The notes below the pieces were generated by a model that did not search any database, was not told where the DNA came from, and saw only the letters and a program-made list of their open reading frames with translations. The position numbers and the translations under genes were made by a program. This document shows positions 40,162-49,045 of a stretch of 64,000 nucleotides of DNA, in pieces. The stretch is taken from the NCBI GenBank assembly GCA_002403385.1, contig DHHR01000067.1, positions 7,937-71,936 of the forward strand, written 5' to 3'. Source of the DNA: Syntrophaceae bacterium UBA4767 (GTDB lineage Bacteria > Desulfobacterota > Syntrophia > Syntrophales > UBA4767). How positions within the stretch are numbered: the stretch's first letter is position 1; every line of letters starts with the position of its first letter.

Positions 40162-40352
40162 GCTACCTCCAGGCTTTTAGTGACTTTTCAGTTTTTGCCT
40201 TTTGTTCCATTTACTTAAATCAGATGAGGCTCTAAAAGTAAGCTATCGGGCGCGAAATATAAACTATACTAGATGCGGATGCAACAGTAAAAGTATGTAC
40301 GCACCCGATAGGAAATAAATACAAAACGCTGCCATTAAACGTTTACATATTC

Positions 40353-42845
40353 TTATCCCAACCCCTGGACGGTTCTCTGGATGATATTGTCCTGAGTTTT
40401 GCGGCTGATGTCCACAAAATGAGCGCTGTAACCAGCTACACGAACAATCACCTCTGAGTATTTCTCTGGATCCTTTTGCGCAGCACGGAGCGTCGCATCA
40501 TCAATCATGTTAAACTGAACATGATCATTCCCGAGATCAGCCCATGTATGCATGTATGCTTTCCAAAGCTGATAACCTTTCTCTCCGGCTAACTGTGTTG
40601 GAGATAAGCGTTGATTTAACAAAAACGCCCGCCCGTCACTGACATGATCAATTTTTCCGCATGATTTCAATACAGCCGTTGGGCCCTTTTTATCCAGACC
40701 CGGCCCTGGAGAGATACCGCCATCATACAAAGCGTCGCCAAGCCTTCTGCCATTGGGTAGCGCCCCTACAACGTTGGCATAATGTATATTGCCGCTCACA
40801 TTCTCGGGAAGAGCAGGCCAGTTATTCCCTGAAGTGCACTTAATAACCCGGGAATGGCGCGCTGCTTCTCTTAAACATCGAAGCATAATCTGATCCACAT
40901 AGTTATCATCATTACCCCACTTCGGCGCATTGCGAACAAAATCCATCCGCATTTCTTCGAAACCTTCCCAATTAGCCTCCAGAGCATCCATCAACTGAGC
41001 CATCGTGTATTTCTTATCATCAAAAACCAACTTCTTAACCGCAGCAAGACTATCTGCATTCTCCACCCAGGTAAAGAAAGTAACCCAAGCATTGCCGCGC
41101 TCACCCTCAGGACTTATAGCATCAATCCCTGATTCTACGGAACGTTCATATATCGCTGATAAAAACGGGCGACCATTGTTCTTGGGATCAAGCATTCTTC
41201 CCATATTTACTGTTCGGGTCAAAATATTCATAATCCATTCCATCTGCTTGACCCATGCACTAAAAAGCTGTTCAAAATCAGCAAACTTTCGCGCATCTCC
41301 TGTCTTTGGCCCCATCTGCATATTGACTACACGGTCATATCCATTAGAAAGAGCATATTCAATCATCTTGGCGGTGTTAGCCGTAGCATGAGCCATACGC
41401 ATAGCCAGACACCCATGCTTAGTAGTAGGACAAGGAGACATACAGGCCTGATGAACCCAGGTTCTTGCTTCTTCAACGGGATGACCATGCCAGTTCATGG
41501 AATTGGCAATCAGAACGGGATCATTTCGCATAGAAGGGTACCCCAAACCTTGCCTGATACATTCGAAACACTCCCGCATGACTTCATCTTTCACCTTGGG
41601 GTGCCATCTAAAACCAAATGTCGGATTAGATACTCTTACCAACCTCGCAGCCTGCATATAAGCTACAGTTATATCATTACATGCATCAGAGCCATCTGGA
41701 TGAACTCCTCCCATAGTCCAAACCCAGGTTCCGGTAATGCCCTGAAGTCCCTCTCTTCCCAAACGTGGAACAAAAATCCCAATTTCATAGGCCCTTATTA
41801 GTTGCTCTCCAATTAGATCCAAAGCGTCTTCTTTGGTTAACCGTTTTTCAACATTTACATCTTTATCATAATAAGACCCATGAACATAATCCGGGCGATG
41901 CGGCCAGGCCAATTCTATTCCTTCTATACGTGAAAGCACGTGCACAAAATGGTCAAACTGCAAAGATTCTTGAAGATTCCGTGGTGGCATAGCGGGAACA
42001 CGTTCACAGGTCTCGGCAATACGCAAAAGTTCCTCTTTTCTTTTCGTATCCATTTCAAAATGCTCTGCAATGATTCGTGCAAGTCGAGAATATCTTTGTG
42101 CATAACGAATTGCAGCATCAAGGATGAGCTGCATGCCTTCCCAATTTCGCATCTTCTCATAAAGAGGAAAGAGTTCTGGTCCGGAAGGCCCCTGAAGCTT
42201 TTCATCTGTTTCATCCAGATGCTTTTCAATTTCGGCGATTATCGCTTTAAATCCTTTAAATATGAAATTAAAATCTTTGCTGGCATAACCACCAAACGAG
42301 GTAGGAACGCCCCAACCTATGGCGCCACTGACAAATTTCACTGCATCTTCAGGATCAATAGCGCGAACCAGGTGATCGAGCGCAGTCCGTCCAGCCCAAT
42401 AATCATTCAATTCAGCCAAAAGCTTTAATGATTCATCTTCTGGCTCAGGAATGAGACCTTGGGTATTATAGACTTCCTCATTAAACATACTCGCCCATTC
42501 ATGTGCATGAAGCAAAGTATGTGGCGCGTTAGAAACACATCCTACTATTTGAGATTGATCCGTAATAAATATGGAGATATTGTCTAATACATTTGCTAAT
42601 GCCTTTGCTTTTCTTAGCATGGTTGAATCATGCTCACTGGCCTTCCACCCTTCTGTGAAGAGAACTGATCTTTCTAGGTCAACTTTTATTCCTGGTGCAT
42701 ACAAACCACCAATAGCTCCTTTCTTCCATACCGCTTTTCTTAAATAATCCAATCTCTTCGATCTGGTTTTTTCCGCCATCCACCACCACTCACGATTTTC
42801 TTTGAGCTCTTCTAACGATTTATCTTTCGATGCGGTTACGGACAT
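40353..42845 (-). CDS. glycyl radical enzyme, X-succinate synthase (fumarate-adding, BssA/AssA-like) clade candidate
   Basis: 830 aa from ATG 42845 (GGAGGG 7 nt upstream). Glycyl motif VRVAGYSAHFVD (Gly codon 40431-40433). Cys loop HQACMSPCP (Cys codon 41442-41444). Additional blocks APKWGNDDNY, ANWEGFEEMRMDF, DKKGPTAVLKS and LLNQRLSP. Confidence 0.85.
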   Translation of the reverse strand: MSVTASKDKSLEELKENREWWWMAEKTRSKRLDYLRKAVWKKGAIGGLYAPGIKVDLERSVLFTEGWKASEHDSTMLRKAKALANVLDNISIFITDQSQIVGCVSNAPHTLLHAHEWASMFNEEVYNTQGLIPEPEDESLKLLAELNDYWAGRTALDHLVRAIDPEDAVKFVSGAIGWGVPTSFGGYASKDFNFIFKGFKAIIAEIEKHLDETDEKLQGPSGPELFPLYEKMRNWEGMQLILDAAIRYAQRYSRLARIIAEHFEMDTKRKEELLRIAETCERVPAMPPRNLQESLQFDHFVHVLSRIEGIELAWPHRPDYVHGSYYDKDVNVEKRLTKEDALDLIGEQLIRAYEIGIFVPRLGREGLQGITGTWVWTMGGVHPDGSDACNDITVAYMQAARLVRVSNPTFGFRWHPKVKDEVMRECFECIRQGLGYPSMRNDPVLIANSMNWHGHPVEEARTWVHQACMSPCPTTKHGCLAMRMAHATANTAKMIEYALSNGYDRVVNMQMGPKTGDARKFADFEQLFSAWVKQMEWIMNILTRTVNMGRMLDPKNNGRPFLSAIYERSVESGIDAISPEGERGNAWVTFFTWVENADSLAAVKKLVFDDKKYTMAQLMDALEANWEGFEEMRMDFVRNAPKWGNDDNYVDQIMLRCLREAARHSRVIKCTSGNNWPALPENVSGNIHYANVVGALPNGRRLGDALYDGGISPGPGLDKKGPTAVLKSCGKIDHVSDGRAFLLNQRLSPTQLAGEKGYQLWKAYMHTWADLGNDHVQFNMIDDATLRAAQKDPEKYSEVIVRVAGYSAHFVDISRKTQDNIIQRTVQGLG

Positions 42846-42884
42846 AATAACACCCTCCTTCCTTAAGTTCATTCCAATCTTGTT

Positions 42885-42902
42885 TTGTTAATTGAATAAC
42901 AA
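42885..42902. promoter_or_regulatory. 18-bp palindrome TTGTTAATTGAATAACAA, candidate operator (MarR-type?)
   Basis: 7 of 9 positions are self-complementary. Located 40-57 nt upstream of the GRE start codon. Confidence 0.3.
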
Positions 42903-43120
42903 GGAACAATTCACAGTGTTTTTGTTTCTATCCGCCTCCTATTTTGCAAATAAGCTTGCCCAAAGATGATTTCTCTATAAAAATAGTATTCCGCTAGGTC
43001 ACGCAACCATATGGCAAGACTTCAGGTAAATAACTAGCACACTAATTATTTAAACGCAAACTATTTTTTACCAGTTAGATGTAAAAATATGATAACTGCC
43101 TAGGGCGAACAATGAATTTT

Positions 43121-43217
43121 GACAAAATCGTAAAAAGTCAAAATTCGCGGATTTTGTCATGGTGAGCACTTCGGCCGGCTCAGGGTGACAATTGGGACTT
43201 TTTACGAGTGCATCAAT
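43121..43217. repeat. intergenic repeat, copy B
   Basis: A 47-nt module, GACAAAATCGTAAAAAGTCAAAATTCGCGGATTTTGTCATGGTGAGC, differs at 1 nt from 57742-57788. A second module, CTCAGGGTGACAATTGGGACtTTTTACGAGtgCATCAAT, matches 57839-57877. Confidence 0.8.
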
Positions 43218-43237
43218 TTTGAAAGGAGAATTACGTA

Positions 43238-44434
43238 TCACAGATCATTCAGTTCGATTTTGAGGGAAAGGAAATTAAGCATGTCTTTCAGGGCAATGAC
43301 CCCTGCCAGGCGTTCCCCGTCTGCCACCATAAGTCGGCTGTTTCCCGAGCGGCTCATGAGAGACAGAGCATATGCCGCATCGTCGTTGGGGCTGACAATT
43401 GTCTCCGGAGCGCATGGTATGGCAATGTCCCCCACCGTACGAAGGGGCCGCTCCTTATAGTCCACTCCTGCTACCTCCTTGACCGTGACGCAACCCAGCA
43501 GTTTCCCCCATGATACCACGGGAAACATTTTAAAATGATATTTATAGACGTATTCATTGACAAATTCTTCCATGGAAGTGGAAGGGGGAACGGTTATAGG
43601 GTTGGCAATCATAAAGCGACTTACTTTCTCCCCCTCCAGCGCTTTGCGTGTGAGCGCCTGCCGGTAGGACATCTGGGCGGCGTTCTTGACAAAAATCCCG
43701 ATCATGAACCACCACAGTCCTCCGATGAAATTTTGTCTGAAGAAACTGATGATTCCTAAAACAATCAACACAATACCAAAACCCGAACCGATCTGGGCGG
43801 CAATATTGGTGGCCCAGCGGAAGTTCTTTTTCCAGTTCCACAGGGTGGCACGAAGCACACGGCCTCCATCAAGGGGAAATGCAGGAATCAGATTGAATAC
43901 GGCCAGCGCCAGGTTGAGCCATGCCAGATAGTAAATCACAGCGATGACGCATACGGACAGTCCGCTTGATATGCCTGCTTTGGAAAGGCCATAAAGGACC
44001 ATGCCGATAAAAAAACTGGACAGTGGTCCAGCGCCTGCCATGAAAAATTCGGCTTTTGCGCTGGGAGGTTCATCGTCCATTTCTGCAACGCCACCGAAGA
44101 TAAAAAGGGTGATGCCCTTCATAGGGATGCCATAACGGGTGGCGACCAGAGAATGACATAACTCGTGGAAAACAAGGGACAAAAATAACCCCAGCGCCCC
44201 GGCAGCGCCCATCCACCAGTAAGTTGATGGAGGCATGTTCGGATACTGAGTGGGGAAGTATCCTCTTGCCAGGGACCACGTTACAAACCAGGCAAGAATC
44301 AACCAGCTGGCATCCATGCGGACTTCGAAACCCAAGAGCCTGAAAAGTGTAAGTCTTTTTCCGAACACGGCTTCCCTATTAATTAAGATTTTACGGCGCT
44401 TCCATGGAAGCAGGACACCAAACCCCATTCTCAC
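43238..44434 (-). CDS. M50 (site-2 protease class) zinc metalloprotease with a C-terminal CBS pair
   Basis: 398 aa and polytopic, with the HExxH motif HELCHSLVA and a second metal motif region (NLIPAFPLDGG). The CBS-like C-terminus ends in ...GVIALKDML. The start codon is uncertain. Confidence 0.85.
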   Translation of the reverse strand: MRMGFGVLLPWKRRKILINREAVFGKRLTLFRLLGFEVRMDASWLILAWFVTWSLARGYFPTQYPNMPPSTYWWMGAAGALGLFLSLVFHELCHSLVATRYGIPMKGITLFIFGGVAEMDDEPPSAKAEFFMAGAGPLSSFFIGMVLYGLSKAGISSGLSVCVIAVIYYLAWLNLALAVFNLIPAFPLDGGRVLRATLWNWKKNFRWATNIAAQIGSGFGIVLIVLGIISFFRQNFIGGLWWFMIGIFVKNAAQMSYRQALTRKALEGEKVSRFMIANPITVPPSTSMEEFVNEYVYKYHFKMFPVVSWGKLLGCVTVKEVAGVDYKERPLRTVGDIAIPCAPETIVSPNDDAAYALSLMSRSGNSRLMVADGERLAGVIALKDMLNFLSLKIELNDL

Positions 44435-44679
44435 CTATATAACAAATAAAAGGTAAAGTGCACATGGTTTTTAGTAATCGGAAAAGACCATTCCGAAAAA
44501 GCTTCTTGCTGTCATGGCGCTGCAGAAAAGGATGTCTTATCTTAGGGCGCCCCGCGAGCAGAAAATGATAGGACACAAAAAACTTGACTATTTGTGCTCC
44601 AACCACATAGAAATACATCTTTAAAAGTTATCCTAAAGATGTAAACAACCCACAAGGAAGGATTGATGGGCAACTCACG

Positions 44680-45840
44680 GTGAGAATACACGAATTTCAG
44701 GCCAAGGAGCTTTTGCGGCGCTATGGTGTGCCTGTGCCTTTGGGTGAGATGGCGCAAACCCCTGAGTCGGTTCGTAAGATCGCTTTGCAACTGGGAACGA
44801 AAGTGGTAATCAAAGCGCAAATCCACGCGGGGGGGCGGGGTAAGGCAGGAGGGATCCTTTTTGCGGAAACGCCTGAGGATGCATACCGGAAAGCGAAAAA
44901 GCTCATAGGCAGGACTCTGGTTACGGCGCAGACAGGACCTGAAGGGAAGCGTGTCCAAAAGGTCATGGTCGAAAGGCTGACGCCTGTCCGGAAAGAAATG
45001 TACCTCGCTTTGATCATAAGCCGCGCGCGGGGCATGGAATGTCCTGTTTTCATGGCTTCCAGCATAGGGGGGATGGAGATAGAGAAAATAGCCACAAAAG
45101 CTCCGGAAGAGCTGGCAACGGTTGCCGTTCACCCTGCTGTGGGATTTAGCCCTTTTCAAGGGAGAAAACTTGCCGGCGGACTGGGTTTGAAGGATTCTTT
45201 GAGAGAGCAACTGACTGATATTGTCAAAAACATATACGATTTTTTCGTTCAAAACGATGCGTTGCTCGTGGAAATCAATCCCCTGGGAATCGATGATCAG
45301 GAACGGCTTGTTGCTTTGGATGCGAAAATCCAGTTCGACGAAGACGCTCTTTTTCGCCATCCGAAACTAAAGGAACTTCAGGACGTGACACAAGTGGATC
45401 CTTTGGAGTGGGAGTCCCTTGCTGCGGGGTTTAGATATATTGTCCTGGATGGCGACGTGGGATGCATTATCAATGGGGCGGGACTCGCAATGGCAACGAT
45501 GGACTTGATTAAACTGGCCGGAGGGAAGCCGGCGAATTTTCTGGATGTGGGAGGGGGGGCATCTCCCGGGCAGATAGCACAGGCGTTTCGTATCCTGGCT
45601 TCACATCCGAATGTCAAGGTTATATTGATCAATGTCTTTGGAGGGATTCTTCGCTGTGATTGGGTGGCAGCGGGGTTGTGCGAAGCGGTCCCAAAAATGA
45701 GAAGAGATATACCTGTGGTTATCCGTCTGCAAGGGACCAACAAGGAAGAAGGCCGTCGCCTTCTCAAGGAGGCGGACTTTCATTTTGAAACGGCGGAAGG
45801 TCTTTTCGAGGCGGTGCAAAAGGCTGTATCTTTAACTTGA
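44680..45840 (+). CDS. sucC: succinate--CoA ligase (ADP-forming) beta subunit
   Basis: 386 aa with a GTG start. N-terminus MRIHEFQAKELL and an ATP-grasp domain. Confidence 0.95.
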   Translation: MRIHEFQAKELLRRYGVPVPLGEMAQTPESVRKIALQLGTKVVIKAQIHAGGRGKAGGILFAETPEDAYRKAKKLIGRTLVTAQTGPEGKRVQKVMVERLTPVRKEMYLALIISRARGMECPVFMASSIGGMEIEKIATKAPEELATVAVHPAVGFSPFQGRKLAGGLGLKDSLREQLTDIVKNIYDFFVQNDALLVEINPLGIDDQERLVALDAKIQFDEDALFRHPKLKELQDVTQVDPLEWESLAAGFRYIVLDGDVGCIINGAGLAMATMDLIKLAGGKPANFLDVGGGASPGQIAQAFRILASHPNVKVILINVFGGILRCDWVAAGLCEAVPKMRRDIPVVIRLQGTNKEEGRRLLKEADFHFETAEGLFEAVQKAVSLT

Positions 45841-45872
45841 AACAATGAAAAATACGAAAGAATGACTTGAAA

Positions 45873-46760
45873 ATGGCCATACTTTTTGATAAGAACTCCC
45901 GAGTCGTCTCCCAGGGCATTACAGGGGAAACAGGGCGCTTCCATACCCGTGAAGCCATCAAGTTTGGAACCAGGATTGTTGCCGGCGTGGCGGTGGGGAA
46001 AGGCGAAACGTTTTTTGACGGGATTCCTGTCTATGATCGGGTGGTTGATGCCGTAAAGCGACATGGGACTAATGCTTCGGGGATATATGTCCCCCCAGCC
46101 TCTGCGATGGACGCAATTATTGAGCAGATTGAAGCGGGGATTTCCTTAATCGTATGTGTGACGGAAGGTATTCCCCTTCATGATATGGTGAAGGTCAAAC
46201 AGGCGCTGAAAGGTTCGGCGTCTCGGATGATCGGCCCGAATTGTCCGGGCATCACCACCCCTGGAGACGGTAAAATTGGCTTTATGCCTAACTTTATTCA
46301 TAAAAAAGGCCATGTGGGTGTGGTTTCCAAAAGCGGAACGCTCACCTATGAGATTATCTGGCAGCTGACCCAGATGGGCATCGGTCAATCGACCTCGGTG
46401 GGAATTGGCGGCGATCCCATTGTGGGTTCCGATTTCGTTGATATATTGGCCCTTTTTGAACAGGATTCCCAGACGAAACTGATCGTGCTCATCGGGGAAA
46501 TCGGCGGCGATGCGGAGCATGAAGCGGCCGATTTTATTAAGGAAAAGATGAAAAAGCCGGTGGTTGCCTTTGTGGCGGGTCGAACGTCTCCTCCGGGAAA
46601 AAGGATGGGCCATGCCGGTGCGATCATCGGCGGGGCCAGAGAAACGGCGCAGGAGAAGGAAAAAGCATTGAAAAGGGCGGGTGCGACCATTGCGGAAAAT
46701 CCTGTTGAGATTGGTGTCGTGGTCAAGGAAATCCTGGCTGGGGCGTATACCCGTTCATAA
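45873..46760 (+). CDS. sucD: succinate--CoA ligase alpha subunit
   Basis: GITGETGRFH, SKSGTLTYE and MGHAGAII (phosphohistidine loop) motifs. ATG 45873 is preferred over the TTG at 45867. Confidence 0.95.
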   Translation: MAILFDKNSRVVSQGITGETGRFHTREAIKFGTRIVAGVAVGKGETFFDGIPVYDRVVDAVKRHGTNASGIYVPPASAMDAIIEQIEAGISLIVCVTEGIPLHDMVKVKQALKGSASRMIGPNCPGITTPGDGKIGFMPNFIHKKGHVGVVSKSGTLTYEIIWQLTQMGIGQSTSVGIGGDPIVGSDFVDILALFEQDSQTKLIVLIGEIGGDAEHEAADFIKEKMKKPVVAFVAGRTSPPGKRMGHAGAIIGGARETAQEKEKALKRAGATIAENPVEIGVVVKEILAGAYTRS

Positions 46761-46861
46761 CGATAGTTGTTTTGATAAGGATTCAATATTTTAGAGGAAG
46801 GAGGATGTAAGCGGAGGTGTAAGGCCGGCGGAAAGCTGGTTGGAGCACACCGTGGAGGGTT

Positions 46862-49045
46862 ATGTCGAAAGATCAAAATCAAAACAAAGAACCGCAATGT
46901 GCAAATGTAGATGTGGGTTTGTTTGCCGAATTTTCCGGTGTGACATACAAACAGTGGCGTGATGCTGCCGAACAGACCCTGAAAGGGGCGCCTTTTGAGA
47001 AGAAACTCGTTACCAAAACATATGAGGGAATAGACCTTCAGCCTATCTACTGGCAGGAGGATATCGAAACTTTATCCCATACCGCTTCCTTTCCGGGGAA
47101 AATTCCCTATCTCCGCCATCGCGACATACTAGGTTACCTGTTGGAACCATGGCGGGTAAGCCAGGAGTTGGTGGATGCAACGCCTGCGTTGCTGAATCAA
47201 GCAGCCCGCAATGATTTGGAAAGAGGGCAGACGGAATTGAATGTTTTGTTGGACCAGGCCGCTCTGGCGGGTATGGATGCCGATGCGGCGAAGACACAGC
47301 AGGTAGGCAAGGGCGGCGTTTCCATATCGAGTAGTGAAGATATGGCAAAGATGCTGGAAGATATCGCCATCGATAAGGCGCCGATTTACCTTCAGGCCGG
47401 CGCTGTGGCGCTGCCGGCGCTGGCGCTGTTGATCTCCGTGACAAAGGATCGCAAAATTCCGCTTGACAAGCTAAGCGGGTGTGTCGGCATGGACCCGCTT
47501 GCCGTTTTAGCCGATAAGGGCGCCTTACCCTATTCTTTGCAGGGGGCCTACGATATGATGGCGGCCTTGACCCTGTGGGCGAAAAAAAACGTTCCCGCAT
47601 TGCAAACAATTGTGGTTCAGACCCACCCTTACCATAATGGCGGCGGTAATTCCGTTCAGGAGCTGGCCTACGCCATGGCGACGGCGGTGGAATACGTAAG
47701 CGAAATGCTCTCCAGGGGCATCTCCATTGATGAGATAACTCCACGGATTCGATTTTCCTTCTCTGTGGGTTCGAAATTTTTTATGGAAGTTGCCAAATTG
47801 CGGGCGGCCCGGCTGCTTTGGACACAGATCGTGCAAGCTTTTGGAGGGCAAGAAGAAGCGCAGAAGATGCACATGCATGTTTGTACCTCCCTCTGGACAA
47901 AAACCGTCTATGATCCCTATGTGAACATGTTAAGGACAACAACGGAGGCTTTTTCGGGAATCATGGGAGGCGCCAACAGCATTCACGTGGGAGCTTTCGA
48001 TCAGGTCATCCGGCCGCCGGATGAATTCTCCCGGCGTATTGCCAGAAATATTCAAATTATTTTGGAAAAGGAATCCAAGCTAGGCGTTCCCATCGATCAG
48101 TCAGGAGGTTCATGGTACATTGAAAAGCTGACCGATGAGGTGGCGAAAAAAGCATGGTCTGTCTTCCAGGAGCTGGAGGCGAAGGGCGGTATGTCCAAAG
48201 CATTGAAGGAAGGCATTCCCCAGGCACAAATCGCCAAGGTGGCGGCGGAGCGAAAAACAAACATCGGCCATCGTCGCGACATTTTTGTCGGAACGAATAT
48301 GTATCCCAACTTGGGAGAAACTCCTCTGCCTCCCCGGGCGGTGGATCATGAGGCTGTTCAGGAAGAACAGTCTGAGCAGTTGGCTCGTTTCCGAGCTTTG
48401 CGGGATGAAAAAAAGCTAAAGGCGGCATTGGGGATGCTTGCCGCGGCCAAGAAAACCGCGGGCGAAGAACTGGTTGCTGCTGCCATTGCGGCAGCCCAAG
48501 CCGGGGCCACACTGGGCGATATTGCCGAAAAGCTTAGGGATGATGCTGTAACACCGAAAATTCAGGCTATTCCATGTGAACGAGGAGCCGAAATTTTCGA
48601 GGCCCTGCGGAAAGCGGCAGAGCAATATCAGACAAAAACAGGCTCCCGGCCGAAGGTGTTTTTGGCCAACATGGGGCCCATCCCCCAGCATAAAGCCCGG
48701 GCGGATTTTTCCACAGGTTTTTTTGAAACGGGCGGATTTGAAGTGATCAAGAACGACGGCTTTCCAACCGTGGAAGATGCGGCAAAAGCCGCTCTTGAAT
48801 CGAAAGCATCGCTGGTTGTGATTTGCTCGACGGACGATACCTATCCGGAATTGGTCCCACCGCTTGCAAAACGGATAAAGGAAGCGAGTCCGAATGTAAC
48901 GATTATTCTTGCCGGTTATCCGGTGGATCATGTGGATGCCTTCAAGCAGGCGGGCGTTGATGACTTTATCCACATGAGGGCAAATTGTTATGAGATGCTT
49001 CGCAAGTTACAGGAGAAGAAAGGAGTGGCGTATAATGGCAAATAA
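46862..49045 (+). CDS. mutA: methylmalonyl-CoA mutase family, non-catalytic beta-type subunit (lacks the B12 His ligand motif)
   Basis: 727 aa with the mutase barrel ([15 protein letters not shown]) and a C-terminal flavodoxin-like domain. That domain reads [14 protein letters not shown] where the alpha subunit has DxHxxG. Confidence 0.85.
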   Translation: MSKDQNQNKEPQCANVDVGLFAEFSGVTYKQWRDAAEQTLKGAPFEKKLVTKTYEGIDLQPIYWQEDIETLSHTASFPGKIPYLRHRDILGYLLEPWRVSQELVDATPALLNQAARNDLERGQTELNVLLDQAALAGMDADAAKTQQVGKGGVSISSSEDMAKMLEDIAIDKAPIYLQAGAVALPALALLISVTKDRKIPLDKLSGCVGMDPLAVLADKGALPYSLQGAYDMMAALTLWAKKNVPALQTIVVQTHPYHNGGGNSVQELAYAMATAVEYVSEMLSRGISIDEITPRIRFSFSVGSKFFMEVAKLRAARLLWTQIVQAFGGQEEAQKMHMHVCTSLWTKTVYDPYVNMLRTTTEAFSGIMGGANSIHVGAFDQVIRPPDEFSRRIARNIQIILEKESKLGVPIDQSGGSWYIEKLTDEVAKKAWSVFQELEAKGGMSKALKEGIPQAQIAKVAAERKTNIGHRRDIFVGTNMYPNLGETPLPPRAVDHEAVQEEQSEQLARFRALRDEKKLKAALGMLAAAKKTAGEELVAAAIAAAQAGATLGDIAEKLRDDAVTPKIQAIPCERGAEIFEALRKAAEQYQTKTGSRPKVFLANMGPIPQHKARADFSTGFFETGGFEVIKNDGFPTVEDAAKAALESKASLVVICSTDDTYPELVPPLAKRIKEASPNVTIILAGYPVDHVDAFKQAGVDDFIHMRANCYEMLRKLQEKKGVAYNGK

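Noticed and set aside
40162-40352. Small ORF (22 codons, MAAFCIYFLSGAYILLLLHPHLV) as a possible BssB/BssC-like subunit
   Set aside because: Too short, hydrophobic rather than Cys-rich, and without an SD. It is not credible as an FeS small subunit.
42945-42962. Possible sigma-54 promoter (TGGGCAAGCTTATTTGCA on the minus strand) upstream of the GRE
   Set aside because: The GG-to-GC spacing is 12 rather than the required 10, and no enhancer-binding protein gene is nearby.
33115-43217. Genomic island integrated at tRNA-Gln, spanning the Buk/Ptb/GRE cluster
   Set aside because: No integrase gene is present. I could find no direct repeat of the tRNA 3' end near 43 kb. Most cluster genes have the same GC content as core genes. 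Only the GRE gene itself looks compositionally distinct, and that is reported separately.
44435-44679. Cobalamin riboswitch or other leader RNA upstream of the sucCD-mutase operon
   Set aside because: I could not recognise a B12-box or any conserved riboswitch core by eye. There is only a weak TTGACT/TAGAAA promoter-like pair and a 6-bp hairpin. A covariance-model scan would be needed to exclude it formally.
44542-45360. 272-aa minus-strand ORF overlapping sucC
   Set aside because: Antisense shadow ORF of sucC, Arg/Pro/Ser-rich with no recognisable family. SucC on the plus strand is unambiguous.
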